From the NCBI GenBank assembly GCA_040954595.2, contig CM082589.2, positions 1,218,009 to 1,282,008 of the forward strand: 64,000 nt of DNA. Reading direction: 5' to 3'. Positions 1 to 12,800 of the stretch are shown one piece after another (the stretch's first letter is position 1; every line of letters starts with the position of its first letter). The stretch comes from Balanoglossus misakiensis. Its lineage: Eukaryota > Animalia > Hemichordata. The notes under the pieces were generated by a model. That model was not told the DNA's origin. It saw only the letters and a program-made list of their open reading frames with translations, and ran no database searches. A program made the translations under genes and the position numbers.

Positions 1-2832
1 TGTTACTTAAATATGAAGATGGTAATTTATGGAGTCCCATATAATTTGGAATTTGTATTTCTTTCTTTTTTTGTAGAAAAATCTTATGCAGTTACTGTTT
101 TCAAATCAAAAGCTGTTCGTAGTGAACTTTGAATCATCACTGGAGGAGAGTCATAACAATCTAACCGATTTGCCGTTGTCAGTTGAAGAGCAACCGTGGA
201 GTGAAGTGCATCTTGGGAAGACTGGTGACCTTTCACCTCTGAATCGGCCCCAAAATGTATCAGTTACTGAGGTAGGTATCTATTCTGACAATTTCAAGTT
301 GTGAAAACAAATGATAAAGTTCAAAGTGACAATTTGAGTCGCATAGGATCATAGAAGCATAGGATGGTTTGACAGTTTTGACATTTTTGTATTTGTCATC
401 TATTTTACAGATTCACGTCAGAAAGGTTGTGTTTGCATACTTATCCTTGTTGGTGAATACACGGAATGACATTGCCTTGTCTCGGTGTTTGAACACACCA
501 GATAGGGAACTGGATCACAAAGCTTTCACAGCATTGAAAAGAGCAGCGAAGGATAAGAATATGTCTATTTGTCAGGTAGGTTTTGAGAAGTAACACTGTC
601 ATCTTGCTTTTATGTGACATGACTGTGGGCACAGTGGACTTGATTTTAGTGCGCCCTCTTTGCCAATACTTGTAACACTGACTCACAAGGCTACTCCCAA
701 CTAAAACTGAATTCTTTTCCCATCTTCTGAAGCAAAACTCAAGTGATGACAACCGTGTTGTTTTTACAGACAGCAGAGTCGTTTGTGTTGAGAGTCCGAC
801 TTGGAGCAAGTGGATATGCCCCCAATGAGGACAACCCTATTGCTCCCTACATCAAAGGATTAAGTGAATTTATCAATGTTATACATAAACTACAGACTAT
901 CATTGAAGAGGATCCCAATGCCAGGTAAACAGTGTTTTCATTGAAACATCGCTTCATTTATAGATATTCCACTGTGACATGCTGAAAATCTCTCCATATG
1001 CAGTGAGACCCCTCAAATATACCCCAGTACTTTCTTTCAATGTCTCTCTGTTTTTTTATCCAAAGTTCTGGCATGAGAAGAATATTGAAAGTGATCAAAG
1101 CTGTGCTGTACAAATCCAAGGATCAGACACTGAGAAAATCAAGTGTAGATTCAGTCTTTGAGAAGCTGTATGGTGACGTCGATGAGTTATGTACAGCTAC
1201 AAAATTATGCACAGGAAGTCCTTGTCTTGTAAGTACGATCATTATTTTGATAATCATGACATCTGATGATAATTGGTGTGTGTACATGAAAAGCCATGAA
1301 CAAAGGAAGAGTTTGTATATAAACGTAATTTTTCTGAATACACTTGTGTTACAGTCAGTTTCTAATGGAGGAAGCATTGCTGGTCGACATATAGTGAAGA
1401 CATTGAGGTTGTTATTGGACCGAGAATCTTGCCAGAAGATGAGTTGCAGTACAGTGGACATCTTAACAGACACGTATTCCAGTCAGAAGACTCCAATTCG
1501 CTTTCCGTCTGTGTTGTCTCAATTCAGGTAACAGTCGATCCATGTCTTCAGAAGTACCGTAAGAAATAAATGTTCTCCAAAATGATCATGCAGTTTCTGG
1601 CGCATGACATCAAGTCATAAATTTAACTTTACCACAAACTAAAAACACAATATTCATCTGACAACCATCCAATGTCAATGCATATAATCCCAGGAGAAAA
1701 CATCGCAGTCAAAGCTAATATCAAGGGTCAAACATCCTACTCAAGATAATTAAATCAGTTTCTGAAAGGTTGATTTCTTCATTAAATCATCCAACATTTT
1801 AATTCTCAATGCCAAATACTCTGTTTAATGATAAACATTGGCTGATTGAGTCATCCATAATTTTCTGCGCGAGTGCTTGCCCTTGCATATTTCATCAACA
1901 TCTTTGCATCTTTAACCACCTGAGGCATGCACTATTTAATTGGACATGTTTCCTGTCTTTTGAATTTGTGTAGTATTAATATTTATATTTCAGGATTCTG
2001 TATACATGCTCACCCATCGTAGATGAGAAGAAGTGTTCTTTCTAAAAAATACATGATTCACCAAATTTTCATTTGTTTCTAATCTCCCTACACAGAGAAG
2101 ACATCCCCCTTTTCACCACAATCTGCACATCAGACAAATTCACTTATTTTATCTATCATCCTTAAATTTTACAGATCACCTGATTTGACTAACGAAGATG
2201 AGCCAGAGAATGTGTCACTGAAGGAGAGAGTGTTACAGAAAGTCAGTGAGAAAAAGGTGAGACAAATTCAAGAGCTGCAACTTGAAAATTTGTAAAATGG
2301 CACAAAAATTGGTTAAATTTCATCAATGAATGTTGTAGCTTGAGATCAGCAAATTGCAAAAAGTTACTGATAAAACATGTCTCTTTTTATCCTCTGCCAG
2401 ACAAGCCTCAAAAGAATGGGATACAAATCCTGTATGGCATGGGCTGACGAAGACTCTCTAACAGACGCGGCACCAGAGCTGATGATTTATCAAGACAGTC
2501 TATCACCTGTCAATCATCATGATAGTCCTGTCAATCAAACCAATCCAGATGATGACAAGACAGAGAAAAGGAAAGAACTGAAAAAAAGAATTCTGGAAGA
2601 GATTGGTGATGATGAGATTAGTGACTGCGATGATAAAGATGAAACGAAAGAAATTGGAAATAAGAAAAAGAGACAGAGAAAAGATGAAAGCAATGAAAAG
2701 AATGTAATTAAAGCAAAAGAAAATAATAAAAGCAAGAAACCAACTCAGAAATCAGGTGCTAGGAAAACAAAAAAGAAGTTGATGCCATTACAGAAAGGTC
2801 AAAAACAAATGACAGATTTCTTCAGAATGTAG
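1..2832 (+). CDS. PARPBP: PARP1-binding protein / PCNA-associated recombination inhibitor (PARI), 5'-truncated by the window edge
   Basis: Phase-consistent GT-AG exons <1-21, 77-271, 411-575, 770-924, 1066-1228, 1355-1527, 2175-2256, 2401-2832. Peptides AYLSLLVNTRNDIAL..LNTPDRELDHKAFTALKRAA, LGASGYAP..KGLSEFINVIHKL, GRHIVKTLRLLLD and FRSP resemble vertebrate PARPBP. Ends in a PIP box (QKQMTDFF). AATAAA at about 3194-3203. Confidence 0.88.
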
Positions 2833-3844
2833 TGTCTTTTTTCTGAATAGGAGTTTGAGACTGATAGTCAGGCGATAGCTTTGCACTCTGAATGTATGTA
2901 TTGGATGATGAGCTTCCTCAGCTCCATAAACTCAGGTTGAACGTGAAATTTTTAATATTATTTTTTGTCTTTTTATGCATGTTTCATCTATTTTTTTAAT
3001 ACATTACTTTAAAGTATGTGCGAAATATGTAAGCAATATTATTTAAACAATCTCATCCACTTTGACAGCATATTTAATTTATTTGCTTTCTCTCCTTTTC
3101 TATTTCCTGTGAACATCACTGAAAATTACTTCCTTCCTGTAAACTTTGTAAATACAGTGTCAATATTATTTGAACATTTTAATTCATGGGCTAAATAAAT
3201 AAAATTATCAAAAAGAAAATCTTGGTATTTTTCAATGTGTTAGTTGTGTAACAGATACTGTGTGTTTAATTAAAAAACGAAAGAATTTATCGCTTATTAT
3301 TTTGGATTTTTCACACCACAAATATTCAAATTTGCAGTGAGAATGTAATTGGATGGCAGAGATGTGTGTATGTGAGAGAGAGACAGAGACAATACTAGCC
3401 CATAATTATTTCATATTGTTTCTTTTGTATTACTTATTTCAAAGTGGAACTGGCAATGAATATAACACGGACAATCTAGGAAACAATTTGACACTTGACA
3501 GTATTATTGTTCAAAAAACATTACGCATAACATTTTGCACCAAAATAACAGAGAGGAAAATAACATGCCACAGCCACACACACATTACAAAACACACATA
3601 CCGGTAAATAAAACAGCTAATGAAATGTTCCTGTTTGGACTCAATTTTCAACATTTCTTTCTTCCATGGCTCTAATGTTGTTCTGTGAAACATTTCATAG
3701 TGTCATTATGTTCTGAAACTTAAAAATCTTTGTTACAAATTTACTGAATGTAGATTTTGATTAAATATATCCGACAATCGACAAAACGAACCTTCTATTT
3801 ACAAAAATATAAAAAATAATGCCAGGTGGCATGAATGTAAGATG

Positions 3845-3863
3845 TACAGCGCCCCCTGTGGCC
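3845..3863 (-). promoter_or_regulatory. CTCF-like motif
   Basis: Minus strand GGCCACAGGGGGCGCTGTA, close to the CTCF core consensus, lying just past the receptor stop codon. Confidence 0.5.
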
Positions 3864-3875
3864 GATACTATTAAT

Positions 3876-6800
3876 TTATTCAACCATTTCATGCTGAGAA
3901 TGTAAAGTGTAGATTCTACTAGACGGAGTAAGAGATATTTGTAATGTTTTTGGTGCTTCTTCTCTCTGTCTGACAAGATCAAAGTCTAAACTGTTTTGTC
4001 CATTTTCATGTCGTTCTTTCCCGATATCATCTTCATCAGATTCAGTATTGTCTGCACACAATTGACAAAAGGTTCCCACATAATCCGTCTTCGTCAAAGT
4101 AGCCCGTCGCTTAAATGCCCGACAAAAAGTCTGTAAAATACACAAAATTTATTCACACGTCATCTATGCTTTCATACTCTATCTGATGCAAAATTTTACC
4201 ACATTCCACTCGAAGGATATCTCAGTGATAACCAACATTTCAAGAAACAGATCGACACGGAAAAATGCTTGCGCCAAACAAACAAATATGGCGTGTTACT
4301 CACCTTGGCTACATCACGTCGACTTTCTTTGTACGCTGCCCAAAACCACTCCCCAATAATAACCAGCAACCCTAAAGCAAATCCGCTGAAAAGGGCGTAG
4401 AATACGCCTGCCATGTTTCGAAAATTAATGGTACTTTCCTCAAGCGAACTCCCTGTGTAAAGAAAAAATAAACAAAAAAATTTCAGCTTGTTTTTTATCA
4501 TTTGGCCTCTGACTCATTTTGGCACAATCACATCATAAAATTTCTAATAAATATTTGTGAAGATCAGTGATGAAACACAGCATAACGATTGATGTATATT
4601 GGACAAACGTCAAACTGTCCTTCTGGGACCTTTAATACAGAATGTGTTGATTTAACAGGTGGTAATCTCTTTAATACTAGACTTTACAGTCAAGGAACCG
4701 TGCACAGAATTGCATTGATTTCAACTGGAAATAACCAGTGGCTGAACATGTCAGTGAACCTTGGTTCTCGTATCTATACACACATCAGCAGAAAGCAAGG
4801 ACTTGTTCGAATTGTTGATGGTTAATGTGTAATTGGTTTGGGGAAATCATTATTGAAATCTGGACCTTGGAGTGGAATTGTCTGTTTTTATAATTCGCAC
4901 ACATATCTTATGTCAATTTGAAAGCCATGAAAATGCCCCATGCGACTTACTTTAATTGCCTAATAAATTGCAAAGCACGTTCTTTTTGTTCATAAAATTG
5001 ATACTGTGAGTAACAAAGTCGAGGCAGTTTCCTGTCTGGTCCACTTGGATTATAATTGGAATGTCGGGTTTTTCCTGTGAGACTTTCCTGCGCATGTCAA
5101 TCATCAAAATAAAATAGTCTTTCTCAAAATCTTGACTTCAGATACCGGTGAACTTTTTTGATATTTGGGGAGGGGCTGAACAAATTTTCGAAATCTTGCT
5201 GGCCAACTGTGAAAAGTCTCATTTTCTTTTGCAAAATAGAAAAATATTTCCTCCCAGGGAGGTTCAAAGTAGTTTCTGTGATGTATTCGACCCCGCAACC
5301 TTCAAATATTGACTGCAATTGTCTCTGAAACACCCACGGTTGGGATTTGGAAGGAAGCCCTTTTTTAAGTAGCCGGTTAATTCCCCGCTTTTGTATTTAA
5401 TATTTCAGGTTGACATGTTTTATGCTGCGAGACTCTTGCAGTATATCCATTAAAATATTTATCAACTTATTCAGAAAATGGGGCTTTTGGAGAAAGCTTA
5501 CAGACAAACTGCATTCAGAAACTGTTCCATATAATTAACCAGAGGGATTACTGGAAAACATTAACAAAACCTTTATGGACATTCATGCTACTTTCACTAA
5601 CAATATACAATGCTATAAAAAAAGAAGGACTTCCAAGAAGGAACGATTAACAATTTCACTCCAAAGGTCAGGAGAACGGCAATATAAAAGTTCCCTTAAC
5701 AGGGAATCCTCCAGGATAAAATGTTTATTAGATTAAATTCCCTAGACATGATATTCTAATTGCACCCTGGAGGGACAAGGTGGAAAGGAGGCATCGTGGA
5801 TATCCCTATGTCCAATGATCCATCTGCATCCTGTGGAGTGACCGTGAACATAAAATATTCATCTTTACTCAAGAAGATAAAAAGCAAACAAGTTTCAACC
5901 TACCTGTGTTGCCTTTACATTCTCCCGTAAAATACTTTTGATGTAGCGCATCAATTTCGCCCAGTTGACGTAACCGTAATATTTCCAAAGTAAACCTCTC
6001 TGTGTAAGGGGAATTGTATTGCAAGCCCAGACCATAACCGATCTTAGCAAATGTGTGTCCAACTGTTCTGACGTTACATGGCGGTTTGCTAGCGCTGTAG
6101 TCCAGAACTGCCGAGTCCCAGACAAAAGCGTATTTGCCCTTTCGGACTTTTTCAATGCCCTGAACAGAGTCTTCAACTAAAGTACCGTAGGAATGCATGT
6201 AAGACCACATGCGACGATAGGGGTCTGAATCTGAGTGTTCAAAGAATGACTGTGGCTGGCTGTTCGCTATTGTGCCATAGGTGATTTCTGTCTGAGCAGC
6301 TAGGTCATCGATACTGTTAATTCCTGTTGCGAGAAAAAGAATCAAAACCTTAGTCTGGTAGTCATATCTTTCTATACAAACATGTACAAGAAGAAGATCA
6401 GCTTGGATAGGGAGGCTGAAGAATTTCCATTAAAAATCTTGTTGAAACTGTGTGAACAGATTACCCAGTGAACAGTTCATAATATTTTGGCAGCTCTTGT
6501 GCAGTTACATGGTGCAAATTATAATCATCCTGCCCAGAGAGTGTAATATATCACCTTTTAATTTCATACACCAGTGAGCACAGTTCACATCTGTTTATTC
6601 TGGTGCTTCTGTGTAAACACTGCATCTCCAATGAGTGAAAATAAGCGAAAGTTGGTGACAGATACAAATTCACACGTGTACTCACCACTGTTCAATCTTG
6701 CGGCAGTCAGAAACGCCGCCAAATTAGCTGTGTACGTAGCAATAATGACTGTAACAGCAAGCCACCAAAAGCCACCGACTAATCGACCCGATAAACATCG

Positions 6801-9800
6801 CGGTGTGTACTCTGCTCCCTGTACGCAACAAAAAGGCATAAAGGGTGACACATGTGTGCACTACCTTCAAATAAAATTGAGGTCAAAAATGGAATCAGTA
6901 TCCCTCATACGTCATGTACACGTGCAAGATTATTGTCTAGTTGCCTTGGTTACGCACCAAGACGGAAGCATTATCTGTATCAAACAAGGTTACCATACCA
7001 ATTGCAGTGAAATTGTAATCTGAATAGCTTTGTTAATGATACTGACAGAAGAATGTGATACATGTAAATGATTTATCAATTAATTAATGTCCATCTGATT
7101 CGCTTGCTTTTTCCATTTGTTTGTTTTGGGTGTATCAAATTTAATGTTGTTGGAAAATCAAAGTCAAAATTTAATGTCTACGACCTCGTGATCTTCTACT
7201 TTCATTGACAAACAGTGTTTCAAATGTCAGAGTGGAAAAACAGTGGAATGTCTCTGTGTTCGTTGAGTGAACAAATCATGATTTCCAGGAAAGTTTAATT
7301 TGATGATGCATCACTTCCTCCAGCTGCCTCTGGAAAATGTCCTGTCACGGCAATATTCAAGGACAGCGGGAAATAACTCTGTGTTTTGTGGATGCAAGTG
7401 GATGCCTGCAGATCTGATGATTTCAGCTGACAGGTGGTTGTACACAGTATAGAGACTGTTGTAGTTAAACCTTTAACCACAAAATGCTCTCCAATACTGA
7501 TCTGAAGTTGACATACATTTTAAATTCAAATCAATTTGTTGTTTCGCTTTAGTGTAATCTGATTAAAATCAGATGTAGGGTAGGCTCGATCTTTATCTTT
7601 GTTGATTCTTGGCTTTTCAGTTCTCAGATGTACGTCACACAGGAGTGACAAATTTGTAAATTTGAAAATATAAAAACCAGAATGAAAATAAAAGGAAGAA
7701 AGAAAGAGGTGTACCTGATGTGTCCAGGAAGCAAAAGCAAACCACATTGCTTGCGGCAACGACATGAGTTTGTGTAACTCCGCATCAGATTCATCTTCTA
7801 AGTCATTGCGTTGGATATACCGACCGTAGTAACCATAGGGACTGAGATAGCTGCACATGGACACACAGACACCACACACAACCATGCTGACGAAGATAGC
7901 GATCCAAAGGTCACCACTGAAAGGTTCCGCAAAACGAAAAAGGTTTTCTTCTTTTTTCTGGATCCCGAGAAGAACTGTGAGACCGAGATCCAGGTATGGT
8001 TTGGTGAAGTCAATTTCTTGCTGTCTTTCGTAACTTATTGTAAATGGTGCCACGGCAAGATCAACTTCCTACAGAGAAAAAATGGATTAGATGTGATTAC
8101 ATTTTCTTTTATACATGCCTGTACACTGGGTGATCTGATGACAATGGCAATGACCGTAGCACGTAGTCTGAACCATGACACGATCGATATTTATTAGTGC
8201 TTAAGTGAGGTTATTACTTGACTTTCATCAAGGATAATAAATTTTACTGCCAACGGTGGGAAACTACACAGATGATTAAACAATGTCAATAACACTTAAA
8301 CACATAATTTGTATCGTTACTTTACAAATGAGATATTAACACCTACTCTGTCTTTCAGCTGTCGAACCATTCCAGACCAGTTTCCTGTCTGAGGATCGAA
8401 AGATCCATAGTTTCCATCTGGCACCAATTTGAGTTCATACTCAAACAGAAGAGTTTTCTGCAACATGTCCAGTAGATCTTTGCAGTAGCCATAGAAATTG
8501 TCATTTCCGGTAGCATCTGCGTCATGTATCATCATAAAAGGTTCTTCCTGATGGAGAAATGGGCAAAAGAGATTGCTTGATTGATTGATTGATTTGACTG
8601 ATTGATGACTCATTAAATTTCTCCTGAAGTCCTTTACTGAGCAAACATAAAACTCACTAAATCAATAACCACTTTGAAAAATCGTTACATGTACATGTAG
8701 GTCAATGTTGCTCCCCTTTTTACGCACACATTTAAATGATCTATCAATGTCATGTCAGAGAGAAAGTTTTGACATTGTAAAAATATCATCATACGATCAT
8801 AGTATCGAATATTTAGACCATTGAACAACAATTCCCAGACATGTCTGATCATTTTTGGCTTTGACATGGACAACATGGTGACATTGTTTTTCAAAACAGA
8901 AATTTAACTTACTAGAATTGTGGTAATACGTAAACTAATGTTCATTAGGTCAAAGTCATTGTCGACCGGTACATCCCGGCTGTTTCCCATAAAGACAAGC
9001 AATGAATTGTTCATAGTCAGATGGGGATAGCCTGGTTCACCACGCCAAGTGCCGACCTAGAGAAAACATTTGATTCATCAGAAATTATGACAACATATAC
9101 GTGACACAAATTTCCCGCAACGACCATAGGTGAATCGTGTAGCAAAAAAACCTGGATGTTTCAAAGAAGAGAGCTTTGGAAATGAGTTCAAATTTGTGAA
9201 CAACATTGCATCCATTGATTTGATGGCTTAGATGAACATTGCAATACATTGTGATGGGCCAATCGATAGCAGCATGGGACATAATTGCTCTTGTGTGATT
9301 GAATTCCTTCCCAGAGGATAAACCACATTTATTTTTGTGAAGGATACATTACCTTTTCTATAGTGACTTCCCTTACGTTTAGAATGTCGTAGCGGGGAAT
9401 GGAGGGTGTCCGCTTAGCTGTGAATTGCAGGTCGTATGCAGTGCCTGGCCCTGTAATCTGTGACAACATAAAAGTTCACACATCATGAATAAATGACTCG
9501 CTAAATCTCTCTTGAAACAAAAATAGTTGATGATTGATTGACTCGTGGTCATACTAGAAACAATAATTGATGGTAGTAAACTGATTGATTGGATCCCTCA
9601 TGAACAAAAAATAATCTTAACAGATGGCATAAGTACTACCGCATCAATTGAGTGTCCCACAAAGTGCCCTGACTTGTAACATGACAATATTACTTTCATT
9701 GATTACCTGCTGAAGTTTTTCCCGTAACAATTGACCGTACCGCCAGGCTTTCGTCATGCTCTGTTCACGCGAACACAGTTTTTTGGAAAATTTCGGTGGT

Positions 9801-12800
9801 GTCCATTCTGTTGTGTTTTGTAAACACTGTGTCAATGCATATGCAACGGCCAGGACAGAATCGAATACATGGTAACTGGTGGCCTATAAGTCAACAAAAT
9901 AAAGATCATAACAAGTGTTACCACGGCAATAGCAAATAACCGTTAACAGTGTGATTCTTGCTTTAAGATCCACAAGATGGTATTGGCCAATAGCTGTCAC
10001 TTTTGGCTATTTTCTTCGCTAATATTTTCATTAAAACAAAATGGCATGTAAAGATACATGCACTTTCTATAGATACAGAGTGGGTGGTACATGCGAAAAC
10101 GATCATGCAAAATATTAAATTATATCTATATTTATTCATTATACACATCAAGGTTCTATTTTTACATCCATCTGCTCTGGTTACCATTGGTTTTCTTGTC
10201 TGCGGTTTTCATCTATAAATAAACCTTTATCAATCATAGGAGGGTGTTAACCTGATTATCTAGTGGAATTGGAGGTACCCTGTATGTAGACAGTGAATTT
10301 AATATATACCATCTCGCTAGTTACATTGTTAATTAACACAAAAAGAATGATTTTTGTTGGCTGTTGTGTCAGAGTGTGGAACTAACCGGTAATGGAAGCT
10401 GTCCACCATTCAGAGTCCAATTTCGGTAGAAGGCGTCGGCTAATTGGCCAAGTCCAACAGATGTTCTGGTACCTATCAATCCCCGGAGATAGTGTGGTAT
10501 CGTACCGTTGATTTGGTGCAAAGTAGGCTGAAAGAGAACAGCGATCGAAAACCATGTAAATTTATAGAGTGACAGAAAAGAACTACAAGTAGTTGGTGAA
10601 AAAACTATAGTTATGACTTGTACTTATATGAAAACATTTTAAAACTGACCAAACTTGACTCACCAGGGAAGTTGTCATATCAGTGACAATCCATGCCCAA
10701 CCAGCACCAGTCATGCCTTGTGCCGCGGCCTGTTGTAACACGAGTTCCGTGTAGGGTGCATGGGAATGGAGTATGACGATTCTGCCACCTTTGGTCCGAA
10801 TGTTAAGTAGTTGCCTTGTCACGTTGAAAGCTGCTAGGTTTGTAGTTGGATAAAACTCTTCTCCCCCGACTATCGACCAATCAGCTTTGACAGCCGTGGC
10901 GTGAAACTCACCTATCAAACCATCTGCACCTAGTGGACATATCAATAGACAGGTGTGAAATATTAGATAAAACGATTGATAGACTTACATTCTAGCCACA
11001 TGAACTGTGCTCTCCAAGTCTATTGTGGTTATAAGTAGATGAGGTCCAATACTTACCATATTCTGCAGAGACCATAAACGCAAATCTTGTCCAATGAAAA
11101 TGCTGGACCAGATCCACCAATACTTTACTCTGAATCGTATCAGGTGACGACATTTTAAAAAGATAAGGATTGGAAGAGGCATGTAGAGACAGCATTGGGT
11201 CCGTCGCAGCCACTGATATTTGAGGTATATGGAGGGCATCCAAAATTGGATATATTGCTTTGACGCCCCTTGACGTCGTCGGACCAATAATTGCAACAAC
11301 TTGTTCTGATGTCTGATGGCATACTGGAAATGAAGAAGTACCAGAAAGTTGTGAGTGTGCATCTTCAAGCGAAATGAGATCGCTGTCATGTGTGTGAGCG
11401 ATTTCTTTCAGCTTGTATTGAAAATACATTTGAAGGTTCTCCCAGCCTTGCACAGCTGCGAGATTGAATGTTTTGTGACATGGTTTGACAGTCAAAGAAA
11501 GTGTATCTCTACATCCACATGTGAGTTGTAATTACTAAGAGATTAACTTTCATGACAGGTGACATTAAATTGTTATTTTCTGACAGATTGGAAATTTTAT
11601 GACCATCTGCTTCACCCTAAACTACATTGACGTAATTTGCTCGACTCGACTTTTGATGCAAGATGAGTATTCCATGAGATGAAAGCATATTCTTTGTCAA
11701 TAAGATTGTCAAGCAACCAAACTGCCATATTGCAAGCTATTGACATAAGCTTACCATTTTGTATGTGTTCAAAGCTGTTGGAGTCTTGAGAACTTGTTGA
11801 TATTATGTACTCAAGCCTCGTTGAAGGAAGTATTTCTGAATTATTATTCACATAATCAACAGAAAGGTTGAGTGCTAAGGTGGCAGATTCCATATCGTCT
11901 ATATCATCAAGCAGCATGCCTGAAATGTAAGAAGAAATGAAGACTGTTGACATGTTTCAAAACATGATCAATCTGTAGCAATATACATGTAACAATTTAT
12001 ATGAGGAAACTCGTTCACTGTCAGCAGGATGGTTAAATTTGGAAGGTCTGCATGATATGTAACACTAAATTGGACCACTACAGAAAAGTTTAAACTTCTG
12101 AATGTCTGGAATGCGAAATTGAGTATGGTTATTCAGTAATTTTCGTTTTATATACCTCAACTTTCTACCTAAAAGATAACATCAACTTGGTGCACGTTGC
12201 GGCTGGCATCCGCATGGCATGACTCGACGAGGTCAATATTTCGTTTAAAACACTAACCTTCTTGTTGGACGATATTTGCAGTTTCAATATTGATAACAAC
12301 TGAGCATATGTGCGATATTCTAGGCGAACTGGAGTGAAATTCCTTCCAAATTATCCACAAAAACTGAGCAGGCAACAACAAGCAGCTCGTCCGTTCATCT
12401 CAACGTTGAAATCACGTGACCCTAGATGAGCGCTTGCGTTCGAAAATTTGATACATTGTAACAAAATCGTACATTTCTGCTCTGACGCGGATGACGTGAC
12501 TTGACTGGGGGTTTTGCTAGGGGTTTTGTACCCAGAGTCGCTGTCATATGTACACCATAATCTACGACCCGCTAAATTTCAGATTTTCACTCAAAAAATG
12601 TTAATTTTCTGCTGATTAACATTGACATTATCATATATGTGTCAGGTCTTGAATAAATACTAGTAGTCACGTACAATTTAGCTATTTAAATGTAAATGGA
12701 AGGTCTTCTGAAGAAATCCGACTTGATATCACAGTATCCCCAGAGATCTCAGATTTCGAATCATAATTAGAATAATTAGTGGCTGTCTTCTGAACATATC

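Noticed and set aside
5005-5074. Possible extra receptor exon between S2 and M4 (flip/flop-like position)
   Set aside because: 70 nt, not frame-preserving, weak donor, no similarity to iGluR sequence.
5158-5312. Degenerate inverted termini (ATATTTGGGG..GGGG / CCCC..CAAATAT), MITE-like
   Set aside because: Too diverged, with no target-site duplication visible; needs a repeat library.
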